Origin: Somniosus microcephalus
Taxonomy: Eukaryota
Direction of reading: 5' to 3'
Assembly: GCA_052327205.1 (NCBI GenBank)
Contig: CM126212.1
Span: 16,678,001 to 16,742,000 of the forward strand
Length of the DNA: 64,000 bases
The position numbers and the translations under genes are program-made. A model generated the notes under the pieces. It ran no database searches, had not been told where the DNA came from, and saw nothing but the letters and a program-made list of their open reading frames with translations. The number at the start of each line of letters is the position of its first letter. The first letter of the stretch is position 1. Below, piece after piece: positions 1 through 12,904 of this stretch.

Positions 1-634
1 TGTACAGCTAGAGCATCAAGGTGATTGAAACATCAAAACTGGCCCTGTGTAGGTCCTTCCACCATCCTGAAGCCAGATGTTTGCACAGCTGACGAGGAAA
101 CTCTTATGGCTTGGAACAGCTGCTGCTGGAAACCACTGCTAAATGGTTGTCCCCTGCTATAATCAGGAGGGTAGCGGCAATGCCTCACAGATTTTGTGGT
201 AAACTATGTTGCTCAGGAGGAGTTCCTGCTAACTACTTCCCATCTAGCGAGGGCCTAAACTGTCAAGTGAGGTCTTTGCCTCGTGGCCAACGTGTAATTA
301 TCTTCCTTGGGGGAAAAGAGAAGAAAAGCAGGCTCTCTTTTAGATTGCGTTGGCTCCATTACATACACTCCTTTACCATGGCCCAGATTCCTTATATCAT
401 CTAACACTGCTTTCAGAAAAAGTGTAAGGCAAGAAAACCAGAGGGATAACGAGAAGAAAAAAAAGAGGCAACATTTCAATTTTTGTTTTAAGTTTCAAGA
501 AAATGAATTCAAGTCAGTATTTATATGACCAACACAGAATGAGAACAATTAAGTAAAATAAATGGGCAATCTCTCTATCGAAATTAGACAAACAAAATCA
601 AAGCACCAAGTTTTCTCTTCCTTTGACCCTTGAA

Positions 635-1300
635 GCCATGATCAAACTGTACAGTGCTCTGGTCACACCGCACCTTGGGTACTGGGTGCATTTTTGGTCA
701 CCAAGCTACAAGGGAGACTTCAGGTCCTGAAATTCCACTGGGGGAATCTCAGTCTCCTGCTGTAACTCTGGTGGGAGACCGGCAGAACCAGCCCACAAAT
801 GGCAGAAACATGGCATGACCTATTTTTGAGGAGTTCTACCAGTCTCCCACTGGAGTTCAGTGGAAGGCCAGGAAAATCCCTGCGGAATTTGAGGGCCTCA
901 AGCATTGGAAGGCCGCGCAGAGGCTGATCCCCATTATCAGAGTCTGAGTTAGGAGAAAAGATTGAAGACACTTGGGCTGTTCAGCTTTGAAAGGAGACAT
1001 TTAGGATGTGATCTTATATAGGATGGTTAACTGTATGGAAATAGTAAATGTGGAAAATTATCTCAAAGTAAATTGCATGAGTAGGACATGGGGACACAGG
1101 CTCAAACTGACATAAAGCTCATTTAGAACTGATATCAGAAGGTTGTTCTTCACAGAAAGAGTGATTAAAACATGGAATGAACTTCAGGATAGAGTATTAA
1201 AGGCAAAATTCCTGCAATCATTTAAGAACCAATTGGATGCTGCAATGGGGGAATTTTAGGTTATTTTGGAAGGGATGAACTAAGATTGATCTAATGGCCT
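635..1300 (+). mobile_element. Degraded CR1-type LINE 3' fragment, interrupted by a MITE
   Basis: Decayed RT C-terminal motifs (KLYSALVTPHLGYWVHFWSP; later RT(W)GHRLKL and FFTERVIKTWNEL); boundaries approximate. Confidence 0.75.
723..897. mobile_element. Hairpin MITE, PIF/Harbinger-type
   Basis: Imperfect TIR GGTCCTGAAATTCC / GGAATTTGAGGGCC; exact 3-bp TSD TCA (720-722, 898-900); internal inverted arms; sits inside the CR1 fragment. Confidence 0.8.
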
Positions 1301-2217
1301 CCATCACCTGTAATTGAGGGCACTTACAAGAGTGGGGTGGAAAAGCTCATCCTTCAGGTAAGAGAGAAGAGATCTCCTTGGTAACATGTCTGCAATTGGA
1401 AGTGTGAGATAATTAGCTGGTCCAAAGGAGCATCTTGCCAATCTATACCAGTAGTGCACAAACTATCCTCAATTCTTCCCATTGTTTGCAAGTGTTTCCT
1501 CTCCTTTATTAAAATAATAAATGTCCATACTAATGCACTAATCCAAAACCAAGAACATGGACAAATGTTCTACTCACAAAACTCTTGATCTAACCACAGG
1601 GGGAATGGACAAGAGCGCTATGGTTCAATGCACTCTCAAGTTGCCCTTCTTTTCAGGGAAAGGAAGCCTGCTCGGCAGCCTAAGATAATTAAGTCATTCA
1701 CTTGGAGCATCACAAGGGACAAAGGCATGCCCTACAAAGCAACAGTTGCCACTTTTCTCTGGTATCTTTTACAATAAACAAAAAAGAGAAAAACACCTTC
1801 ACTAAAACAACAAACTGATTTGTAGAGCTCGAGTAGTTTCCTCAAAAGGCTCGCTTCCCCTCCCCCAAACCGCCAATGCCCTACCTTCTGTCGCCAAGAG
1901 GAGGGCTGGCAGCCTACCACTGCCAACCACTCTGGTGGCTGACCTGGTGAAGACTCCCCATCAAATCTTTCCTTTGCCCATAATGAGCAAGCGGCCCTCC
2001 ACAACAGCACATCTGAAACTAGAGGCTCGGCGGACTGGGAGGAAAGAGAGTCTCAATGGCTCCGACACACAGCACCACCATGCCACCCACATGACTGTGA
2101 ATCTATCTGATAAAAATACCATGAAATCACGGCCATATTAAAAACAAACAAAAACGCTACCACTACCAATTTATCCCAAAAAATTAAAACCAAAAGAAAA
2201 GCACATCAAAGACACTA

Positions 2218-2461
2218 CCCTGTGTAGCACTAAGTCTTACAGACCAGAAGCCCCCAGCCCAATTCCCAATCTGTGTAGCACTAGCTGACTTCAGTTGAGC
2301 TGCACCAATTAGCTTCAGCATACTTCGGGAGGGGGGGGGGGGGCGGCGGGGGGGGGGGGGGGGGATGAGGCAACAGTAAAGAAAAGCGGTTGTCAGCCAG
2401 TGTTCCAATCCTGGTCACTATCTAGTGACTCCTGCTGGAAGGTGCAAGTGTGTGGCACAGT
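2218..2461 (+). repeat. Ancient SINE-like repeat, 5' part; continues at ~6660-6780 after the Harbinger insertion
   Basis: The two flanks of the Harbinger join into a sequence similar to copies at ~8090-8250, ~14040-14340 and ~46680-46855 (e.g. CTGCCGACA...CACA.ATGAAGAATGG.CAC). Confidence 0.5.
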
Positions 2462-2953
2462 GGGCTGAATTTTGACAGCGGGGCGGTATCCCGCTCGGAA
2501 CCCGCCTCCTTGCGAGTTTCCCTAGTGCCGGCTCTGCCTGCGCTTTGCAGACACGGCACTAAGTGGCGGGTCATTCAATTGTGCTCGTTGAGGGTGTTTA
2601 AACCAATTTACTCACCATTTTAGCAGGCACAAAGTATTTTCCCAAGTTTTCCATGAGGTTCCCATCGCTCAGGGATCATGCCAGGTAAGTATGTTGGGTT
2701 CTGAACAACTCTCCATTTCTTCCAATAGGTGACAGCTGCAAAAGTGGTTTAAAACTTACCATTTTACAGCTGGTCACTTTCCACTCTCAGGAGCATCAGG
2801 CTCGAGTATTTGGAGCAGATTTTTAAGCTTTATGCATTTGGGAAGTGTTTGCAGTAAACTCTCTATTCACGGTCACCTCCTTGCAACATCATATCTAACC
2901 CTCGATAGATTGGTTCTGTCATCTGAACTTCACCTGCCATATGAATCATCAGA

Positions 2954-4219
2954 ATGGGCACGATTTATGCTCTCGTCACCTTGGTCCTCCGAATCTGATG
3001 GACGATCAGCCGCAGCAGAACCAGCCACGCCAGCAGCAACAAGAAGAACGCCAACCTTCTCCTCAGCCTGCTGCATGGTGTTGGGTGATGCAAACCTGCG
3101 TACACGGGTGGCAGCCACATGTATGAACTGCATGAATTTATTGAAATCTGCCATTGATGCTGCACAGGGCATAGGGCATCAGCGCAGGGCTGCACCGCGT
3201 CGGAGGCCATACCCCCAAAACAGGGTACACAGGCAGAGGATGAGCTTCCTCAAACTGACAGAGCAGCAGTGCCAAAGGAGGCTCAGGCTATCGTGCCAGG
3301 TTGTCACCGATATTTGCACTTTACTGGAGCAAGACCTGCAGCCCAGAGGAAGGGGTGGACACTCCTTACCAGTGGCTGTCAAACTCACCCTTGCCCTCAT
3401 CTCCTTCCAGGTATCTGCAGCAGACCTTTGTGGCATCTCAGCTGGCCGCGCACAGCTGCATCACACAGGTCACTGATGCCCTCTTTAACAAGTCCGCAAA
3501 TTATATCCACTTTGCAAGTGATGAAGGCAGCGTCAATGAATGGGTGCTCGGTTTCGCAGCTCTGGCTGGCTTCCCACGGGTGCAGGGAATGATCGACTGC
3601 ACACATGTGGCCATCAGGGCACACCATCACAACACAGTAGCATTTGTTAACCACAAGGACTTCCACTCCCTCAACGTTCAGCTGGTCTGCAACCATAGGA
3701 AGATTATCATCCATGTGTGCGTCAGGTTCTCTGGCAGCTGCCATGACTCGTACATCCTGTGCCAGTCTTGGTGGCTGGCTGCTTGGAGACAAGGGCTATG
3801 CTCTGAAGACGTGGCTCATGACATCTTTGAGGAGGCCAGCAAATAAGCCTGAGGGACATTCTAATCAAAGCCACATCTCCACGAGAAGCGTCATCGAACA
3901 GACAATAGGCTTGCTCAAAATGCGCTTCAGATGCCTCGACAGATCTGGAGGAGCCCTTCAGTACGCCCCAGCTAGGGTCTCGCGAATAGTCATCGTCTGC
4001 TGCGCCCTGCACAACATAGCGCAGCAGCCAGGATTAGTACTGGATGAGGAAGACGGCGCTGAGCGCAGAGCCTCATCGGAGGGCGAGGAGGCTCACCATT
4101 AGTTTGGTTACAAGGAGGAGAAACACCTGGACGAGCCGGCGGTCCCATTGCGACCAGTACGCGAGCAAGTTGCTGCCCATCACACCAGGGATACCTTCAT
4201 CAATGGCAGATTTCAATAA
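2954..4219 (+). pseudogene. Harbinger DDE transposase (HARBI1-like), frameshifted
   Basis: Motifs spread over three frames: [82 protein letters not shown]; ends RDTFINGRFQ*. Confidence 0.92.
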
Positions 4220-4479
4220 CTTCATGGAGTTCATACATGAGGCTGCCACCCGCGTATGCAGGTTTGCATCACCCAACACCATTCAGCAGTCCAACAATGA
4301 TTCGTCCCTTGTTTTGACTCTCACCACCACTGCTGGGTGTAAAATGAGCCCTGACCCTTCACTCTGCTACTTCCATTTCATCACGCAAATTTGCCAACGA
4401 ACTCCAAATGTGACAATTAGATGATTTATTAACAGCACTTTATCAAATACATCGATAAAGAAAGACACACCCGAGTGAC

Positions 4480-6444
4480 TACCCTTGTAACTATTTGTGT
4501 GGGATCTTTCTTTTCCGGGTGCTTCTAATCATGCTAGCCCTGCGGCTTCAGCAGAGGTAGAGGCAGCCTCCTCATCTCCGTGCTGCCCTTGCTTCGACGC
4601 CTTTGGCGGTCGTCCTCTGGGTTTTGGAGCCACTGATGGCTCCGCCAAAGTCTGCTCCTACTGCGACCGTGCATGCGCAGACTCAGCCATCACTGTCCGG
4701 GGAGGCATCTGGGGCTCTGACCGAAGAGTTGGCAAGGGGGTGGAAGTCAGAGCGCTTGGAACGAGCCCCCACTTCCATGCCCCCTCCCACCATCATCCCT
4801 CTCGTGGGTCACCCGCACTTCCCTGCTAGCAAGTAGCTGGAGAGCACCTTGCTGCACTTCAGTGGGGCCATGAGGACCCACCTCTATACTGACATCCCTC
4901 CTACAAAGGACGTCTGAGGCCCTGGTTTCTCTCCTCCATAGATGCCCATCTCTCCTCCATAGAGAGCATCTATTTTGAAGAGAAACCATGTTCTCATGTG
5001 ACTGGCGATGCGTCTCCTCCGTGCAGGTGGCCATCCTATCTATGGAGGAAGCTATAGTTTCCAGTGAGTGCGCCACGGTGTTGCTTATGCTGGAGATGGA
5101 CTCCTCCATTTCCTGCACACTCGCAGTCACTGCCGTCGCAAAACCAGTCAGAGCCACTTGCACTTGTTCCTGCAGCTCCAGGATCGCCCTCTTCCTGGAT
5201 GTCCCCCACGAGGCTCAGCGTCTGCATGCAGCTGAGCCGAGCTAGGAGACTCCTGCGCCCTCCGACGAGGAGTCTCCACTGCTGTCAATGTCTCCACCAT
5301 CTGCTGCTGCTCAGTTGTGATCTGTGAGGCACCAGGTGACAACACTTCTCTATCTCGCGACATACACACCGATGTGTGCAACTCTGCGTTGGTGCTGGGT
5401 TGTGTTGTCTGAGGTGATGCTGCACCCTCAGAGGCAGGAGGTTCATCTGAGGAATCTTCTTGCTGTTGCTCCTGGACATTGGAGGGGGGGGATCTTGATG
5501 GACCCGTGGGAGAGTAAAGACATCAGTTAGATATACAGGATGTCTACTGCAAACACATACCATTATCCACATGATGAGCATTCATCTTGTCTTGACATCA
5601 CACCCCATATGAGGCAATGCTGAAAGGCATGCAATTGTATGGAAATACATTCAGTCACCAGCTTCTTCGACTGAGCCCCTCTCTCCGTCCCCCACTTCCG
5701 GAACGTCCACCACTCCAGCAATCTCCAGTGCTGCCTCCGCTGCACGCGTCAGATATACCATGGTTTGTGGAGGCCCTCCTCCCGTTCTCTCCCTCTCCCT
5801 CTTATTGTGGGCTATCTTTTCCTGCAAGGAGGGAAAGAAGAAGGTTCAGTGAGAGTGATGGTATGAGTGTAAGGAATGGAATGGCATAGAGCTTTACACT
5901 GACAATTTGATGGAGTGGGTTGGCAATTCCAAGTTGCCTCCTTTTGTGTTGTTAGTTGCTGTCATTGCATAACGATGAGGCTCAGTGTGAGGGCTGCATA
6001 GTAAGATGTCGACCTGATAATGTAGATAGAGTTAGAGGGATGGATGAAGGTACAAGGGATGTTGGGCTGTGTAACGCTGTGTAGGAGTAGGGGTGGCAAT
6101 GTAGAGTGGTGTGAATGTGATGAGACTCACAGCAGCATCAAGGAAATTGTGGCTTAATACTCACTTTTCCTGATCTTACTAGATCATTGAATCTCTTGCG
6201 GCACTGCACCCAGATGCGAACCACCACTGACAGCCCTGCTGCCCTTGTCTGCTAGGGAGGCCTCTTCCTGCCATCCGCAGGGAAGAGAACCCGCTCTCAC
6301 TCCCTCCACAAGATGATGGAGGGACTCGTCTGTGAAGCGAGGTGCTGCTCATTGGCGCTGCAAGCTCATAGTCCATAGTCCAGAGACATAAACACGGACA
6401 GCACTGAATGCTATCAATTTGCAACGGACAATAACTGGGGCCAT
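4480..6444 (-). pseudogene. Harbinger Myb/SANT-like (trihelix) DNA-binding protein gene, spliced and decayed
   Basis: Exon ending RIWVQCRKRFNDLVRSGK|gtgagt (6165); next exon after a pyrimidine-rich acceptor starts at 5821 (EKIAHNKRERERTGGGPP); acidic low-complexity middle; C-terminal KPRGRPPK. Start and stop positions approximate. Confidence 0.8.
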
Positions 6445-8616
6445 GGCCCCTTTAAATAAACCAGCAATAATCACGTCATCCAGTGACGTCACCAGACTTG
6501 CACCTTTTAATAGGGCTGGGAAATGCGCATGGCGGGCCTAACGAGGCCCATTAGGACAAGATTCGATTTATCAACGGGATCCATGCAGCAGCGGGGTCGC
6601 CCCCCGCCGCCGATCTCTCCCACCTTGAAGCCGCCCAGGTAGGCGAAGTCGCAGCCAGTATGTGTGAAAATCAGGATCAAATTTGTCTGTGATGCCTTCC
6701 ATTGTGAAATATCCTGCCGACACTCATGGTTCAGGTCACAGATGAAGAATGGTCACCTGGATGAAAGACTGAACCATACCCTCAGTGTCTTCAGGAAGAG
6801 AGAGATGAAGAAAATCAGAGCCCGGGCTCGGGGGGGGGGGGGGGGGGGGGGGGGTGGAGAGATTCCCATCTGATCATAAGGCACTGCTTATAAGTTTCTC
6901 TTTTTAATTTTACACAAGAAATCTACATGCTCTTATGACATCGTTCCATAAAGAGTACATGCTATAGTACAAATTTCACAATACTTGCAGATAATTGCAA
7001 TGAGAGTTACTGTATATAGTTATACAGTTCCATACATCAGGACAAGCTTGGTGACCGGCCCTGGGTCATCCCTAATCAGGGACTGTTGGGGGTTTGCAGG
7101 GAGAGGGGGGCCAATAGTAGATTCAGGGAACAAACCAACCCAATCGTTAAACTTTGAGTCACAAAATACTTTGCAGTTTTCAAAACAATTCTGTCAAATA
7201 ATGGTGAAGCTCATTTTTCATTTACTTGCAATATCTCAGAGCAGAATTTGAGCAATTTGGCACACGTTTGACCATTTCTTCATTCAAAGCATTATGTGAA
7301 TGAAGTATGAAGAAAAAAAACAACCAAGTTATGCTGTTACTTTGCAAGCATGTTCACCACAGTTCTTAAAAGGCTGGCGAGAGTTTCTGGTGACGTTTGA
7401 GAAATGTTTGTGCTACTGAAAGCACAAAAACAGAAAGGCTGACAATGAACGGGGTTTTCTGTTCATTATTGAGAGGAAAAAAAGGTTCTGCTGAGTGAAC
7501 ATTTTCCTTTTGTTATTTTCCTACTTCTTTCGATGCCGACGTACATCTGTGCCATTAATGGCAGAGTTAATTGTTAACATTTTTAAAAGGCTTTGCAAAT
7601 GACTAGACAGACAGGAAGTGACTAGGGTGACCCAAACACCCACACTAATAACCTCGCAGTCAAATTCATCTCCTGCCATGATGCTCGCTGAAAGTCAGTC
7701 TCCATAACAACCAGTGTTCCCACTCACAGATGGCCAGAGTGCCCTGAATCTACACAGGTGGTACTGGACTGGTGTTCCGAAATAACCACAACAATGACCT
7801 CGGTCAATTTTATTGCTGTCAAACAGCCATCTGAGACGTTCTTTCCTTTTGAAGGAAATTAAACCAAGCAACACAGGGCTCTTTAAGGTCAATAGATTCC
7901 GGCGAAGCAACACATTGCTCAAAGGCAATTTAGATGCAGGAGAACTACTCCGTTTTTCAGCTGTTTAAGTTAACCAAGAATTGTCCCTTCCTTCGCCTGC
8001 ACAAGCCGTTTTAGAGAATTGAAATAGTGTCCACACCCACAATTGGAAAGATTTTTTTCACACAGTTAAAACGTTCGAAAATAAACAGTTCCCAATCACC
8101 ATCCGGCAATCCTTGCTAGAAAGTCATGTGGTGATGTTTGCTGGTGTCAATTAAGGACTAGATCAGGTTAGGCTAGAATACCCTACGGCGAACAGGCTGC
8201 CGACAGTCCCAGTCCAGGCTCACACATGAAGAATGGGCACATCGGAAGTATCGGGGAGAACGGTCAGTAGCAGAGTTGGGAAAATTAGTGAAACAGAAAC
8301 ATGTTAGGCTAGAAATTCCTTTCTGTGGAGATGCGGTTGAAGTATGGGCCCGACAGTCAGGGAGGAAATTTAGGCAGTTATTCCTCTGCACCGAACCTCC
8401 ACCCATTTCACGTCCACTGGACATTTGCGATGGGGATGTGCAGACAGGTCCGAGAAGCAGCAGTTTTGCAAAAAGATGTGATTTATATAGTCCAGATCAC
8501 AATGGGATACTACTGTGCCATTCCTTGACTATGCAGTCATGCAAGCAGGTTTAGAGCAGTACAAGGTAACTCCCATAAAAGTAAGGTGCTCAGACTGCTT
8601 CTGGGAGTGACATATT

Positions 8617-9393
8617 GGCCCAGTAATTCCTGTCACAACGTGTGAGTACGGACGGGGTACTCACGCGTGTGACCGGAGGAATTGCCGGTTTTCAGCATGC
8701 ACAGCGCATGCGCTGAAAACCAGCATTTCCTGTCCTCTGACCCAAGGGGTTAAGAGGCAGAACGCATGAGACTGCACAGGCAGCGCGTGCGCAGTGAAAT
8801 TCCTTTTTTCCCCCCGCAGAGTTGCCAGAGTGTAAAGGCCTCCGGTTTTTACGCGTGGAAAAACCAGACGTAAGTACTTAGTTTTACAGGTAAGTGGGCT
8901 TTTAGTACAATTTAGAATTTTTTTATTTTTTTTTCCACAGGTTTATTATTTTTAAAGAATTTACAGTAAGGTAAGTTTAGTTTTAGACCCTATTTATTAA
9001 AAATTTATTTTTTTCAAAAAATTGATTAATTGTTTAAAACATTTAAAAAAACTTATTTATAGTTAATATAATCAGTGGGATTTTTTAACACATTTTATTT
9101 AAAGTTTAAGTAGTGTTTTGGCAGCCCATACTTTTCATGAGTTTGACAGTTCTTACTCTCAAACTCATGAATGAGTTTCCCCTCCCCTGACTGGCTGCAC
9201 AGTGCTCACCTGATCCCAGCCGGCACATCGCACTAACTACGCCGCTGGATCAGGTAAGCACATCGCGCCGACATCGGAACCGGGCCTGTGACAGGAAATG
9301 CAAGCAGGCCCGGGCTTCAGATGTCGGCGCGCAGGGTGAGTGCACATCGGGGGCTTGCACGCACGGCAAGCCCCCGATCCTAATGTCAGGGCC
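8617..9393. mobile_element. Non-autonomous Harbinger-like element (GC-rich ends, very AT-rich core)
   Basis: Ends GGCCCAGTAATT / TAATGTCAGGGCC; flanks ATT/AAT; sharp composition boundaries. Confidence 0.6.
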
Positions 9394-10689
9394 AATACCC
9401 AGAAAGGTATTGAAGCCAGACCCAAATTTATAACCGGTGGGTAACAGAGGTAAAGCTGGGCATCATCAGCACAACATATGGAACCTGACCCTCTCCAGAA
9501 TGAAGTGAGAATGAAATCTGGGATAATTACACCTTATACGGTTTGTTACTTCAGCCGCCACTTGTGCATATACAATCCACTTCTGGTCATTTGAAGAGAT
9601 TTGAATTAATCAATGTGAATTACACAGCTAAGTGTGACTATAATGCAAAAATTTGGAATTATCTGGTATTTTGAATTAAGCAATTCTGAATCGAGTGGAC
9701 TGTTAAGTTTCTTAGAGCTTTCAGTATTATCTCATCGAAAGATTTAACTAGGTGCAGTAGAGTCCATGACGAGATTGTAAATGGAGTACGAGGGCCTGAC
9801 TGACCAAATGGCCTTTCCTCATACCACATGTTGTGTATGAACCCTGGCAGTACAGCAGATGCAATTTGGCATCCACTTCCTCCACATGCACGGGATGAGT
9901 GCATCATAGCAACGGGCTGCTTCAATCTCTCCAAAGGAGGTCAGAGTTCTCATCAGGCAAGGCTAAGCTTGATATAAATACTTACACGCTGCTTTATTCC
10001 ACACTACGGTCAACATACCGAGCAACAATGTTGATCTAGTTCACATTTCAATTTATGCAACTTATCTTCATGTAATGACACAAAATAAAGAACACGCTAA
10101 GCTACCCAACACTAGTGGGTTGCTTTACTTGACTTAAACAAGATGTCTTCTAACAGTATTTCTGACTTTTTAATCTGCCTCAATGAAGGCCCTTGTAGCT
10201 TTTCCTTTTTAAAAAAAAAAAATCTGACCCGTGTGTGTTTTTGTTAACCCTTTTCCTGTCTCCTCAGGAAGTTGGGCTTGGTTCTTGACCCCTGCCTTTG
10301 AAAATAGCTTTATGTAAAGCGCAACAGGAAGGGATATTCTATCCTCCCATGGTGTGAATGCTTGATGGGAGCCTCTGCGATAGGATAACAACTCCCCTAT
10401 TCCTTCCGACTGTCCTGGGTAGCAGTATCAATATCTCGCTTTAATACACGCTCAAAAATACCTAAAGTCTCTAGCCTTTCTTTTTAAACCTGTGCAAATC
10501 CACTTTGTTTTTAAAATCCAACATTAACAAGTTATTTCTTTCCCAAATCCATTCTGTGAAAAAATGGTCATAAAAATCCTGAAACACTACACGGACTGTA
10601 AGGGTCTTGCTATAGTTCCAACTGCATGTCCAACTTCAAAACCTAAATGACGTGAAATCTGCTCCAACTCAACATTGGTAAAAGAAAAT

Positions 10690-11100
10690 AAAGAACTTGA
10701 TTTTGTATAGTACCTTTCACAACCTCAGGATGCCGTAAAGCACTTCACAGCCAATGAATTACTTTTGAAGCGTAGTCATTGTAATATAAGGAAATGAGGC
10801 AGCTAAACTTGCACACAGCAAGATCCCACAAACAGCAGTGAGATAATGAGCAGTTAATCAATTTCAGTGATGCTGATTGGGATTCTGGACAAAATTTCTC
10901 TCAATAAAACTTCCCTGCTCTTCTTCAACTCATGCCATAGGATCTTTTACATACAGATTGTGCCTTGGTTTAACAATTCATCCGAAAGGCGGCACCTCCG
11001 ATAACCCTGTGCTGCCTCAATACTGCAATGAAGTGTCAGTCTACATAATGTGAAGTACCTGGAGTGGAGGCGAGAGTGTTACTGTTGATCCAAGGCTGGC
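10690..11100 (-). mobile_element. SacSINE1-like (Deu-domain) SINE, diverged
   Basis: Similar to the copy at 16262-16678, in the same orientation. Confidence 0.75.
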
Positions 11101-11269
11101 ACCTAAAACCAATGCCATTATCTTCAGCTCCCGCCAGCACCTATGTGCCCCTGGCCTTGCCTGCATCAACCTGCCTGACTGCCACATTAGACTAAATTGA
11201 GCTCGAGGTGGCAGCCACGTTAAGCCCCGAGCAGAGGGGAGGTTTTGTTCCCACATATTATCTGTTGCC

Positions 11270-11600
11270 AAAGAACACTTTCATCCACCTGTGAAACATT
11301 ATCAGTTTGCAACCTCTCTCTCTCTCACTTGACATTGCCTAAAGCCAAATTCCATGCCTTCATCATTTGGAGGCTCAACTTCTCAAATGCTCTCTCTCCT
11401 TGCTAGTCTCCCCCATCCTCTACAAACTACAAATTTTGCACACATCCTGTACTGCACTAAGTCCTGCCCTCCATTCTTGCCACGCCTCACTGCTTCCCTG
11501 TGCCTCAGCAAATTCATTTTAAGATCTTTGTCCATGCTTTTAAGTTCTATCCAAGGCCTTGCTTTACACCGTCAATAATCGTAAACCGATATGCTTGGAT
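11270..11600 (+). mobile_element. Highly degraded L2-type LINE fragment
   Basis: Remnant HAFI..RL.FSNAL and F.FKI..HAFK motifs typical of the L2 ORF2 3' region. Confidence 0.5.
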
Positions 11601-12904
11601 GTTACACCCAAACCGTCAGCCTGTGATGCCCGTCTCCACCAGTTCCAATGAAGGGTTTCACTTACTATTTTGTTTCAGGTGATCAAGCTGCTGTGCATTG
11701 CCAGCATCTTTTTTTTTTTAATTCATGAAATGAAATTTTAGCGGCCCGAGTGTTTGGCCAGATTAGCTGTAAAGCTGTACGCAATGACATCACAAAGTGC
11801 AAAAACTGACATCGGTGTCTAGAAACGGTGTCTAATTAATAAGGACTGAATGAGCACATGTTCTCTCCACAAGTTCACAGTAACATGTTGCATATTCGAG
11901 ACTATTCAAATGTCATATTTTACTAAGATTTTACTATTCAAGGTAACCACTGAAGCAATAACTATGGTTACCATGAATAGTAAAATATGGCATTTGAATA
12001 CCTAATACACAATTTCAGTTTCTTGTAAACGTTTTTGTATTTTCTTTGCAGATACCAGTGCTGAGGAATGGAACACTTTCCGTTTCGGACACTCGGTGTC
12101 ACTATCAAGCACGGCCAGATCAGTTCTATACATTGGAAGGCTCCTTCTACTCTGCTCAATCATGTGTCGCAGCTTCAACCATTCTTCTGCAACACTGTTC
12201 CATTACCCACACCAACCAACCCACGAGCGAAAGTGCTAATGGAGTGCCCTGTGTATTTAGTGAACTATGAATTGGATCGTCTAAAGTAGCACCTTTTAGC
12301 TAGACGGCAGAGGAGACTTTCCTCTCAAGAGTCTGAGTTGCAGCATTTTGCTTGTTTGTAAGATTTGGTCACAAGTACTAAAGAGCCTCCTGGCAGTAAA
12401 GAATGTACCTAATATGCTGTGAATCCATCACTCACCAGAGACGGAGGTATGGTGCAGAGAGTCCGAAAGTACATAAACGAGAGGGGAACTAAATAATAAG
12501 TTCACTTGTACCTGTTATGCTTTTGGGTCCTTTTTAATCGTCCTGTTCTATTATTTCAGCCCTCGTATCTTAGATCACTCTCAGACGAGTCTCGACTCCC
12601 CTGTCCTTCAAGAGGGTATATCCTGGTCTTAAAATTGCTTTTAGTTACTGGACTTATCCTATGCCTTAGTAAGATTTCACTCTAATCTTTGAAAGTGGTA
12701 AAAAATTACATTAAACCAAGTTTAAATGATCAAGTAAATTTATTTTTTTTACAAGAGATGAACAAGTAAATAGGTTACAGTAATCCAACAGTTATATATT
12801 TACAGGAGATAAACTTCCATCTAACCCCTCAAATGGTCCAAATAATAAAAAGATAATAACTGTAGGAACAAAGCTAACTCTTTGCAAATACATTTCAAAA
12901 CACT

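Larger units (their letters stand above)
2462..6656. mobile_element. Decayed two-gene PIF/Harbinger DNA transposon
   Basis: Left end GGGCTGAATTTTGAC, degenerate right end GCGAAGTCGCAGCC; 3-bp TSD AGT (2459-2461, 6657-6659); convergent DDE nuclease and Myb/SANT genes. Confidence 0.9.

Noticed and set aside
88-105. CTGACGAGGAAAC, resembling hammerhead core boxes
   Set aside because: No room for stem II and no flanking stem I/III pairing.
2331-2364. Long G runs (also ~6829-6854 and ~43140-43157) as G-quadruplex elements
   Set aside because: Simple homopolymer expansions with unreliable lengths; no further support.
2832-4102. ORFs as the domesticated HARBI1 gene
   Set aside because: Multiple frameshifts and deletions, and the ORFs lie within TIR/TSD-bounded transposon sequence.
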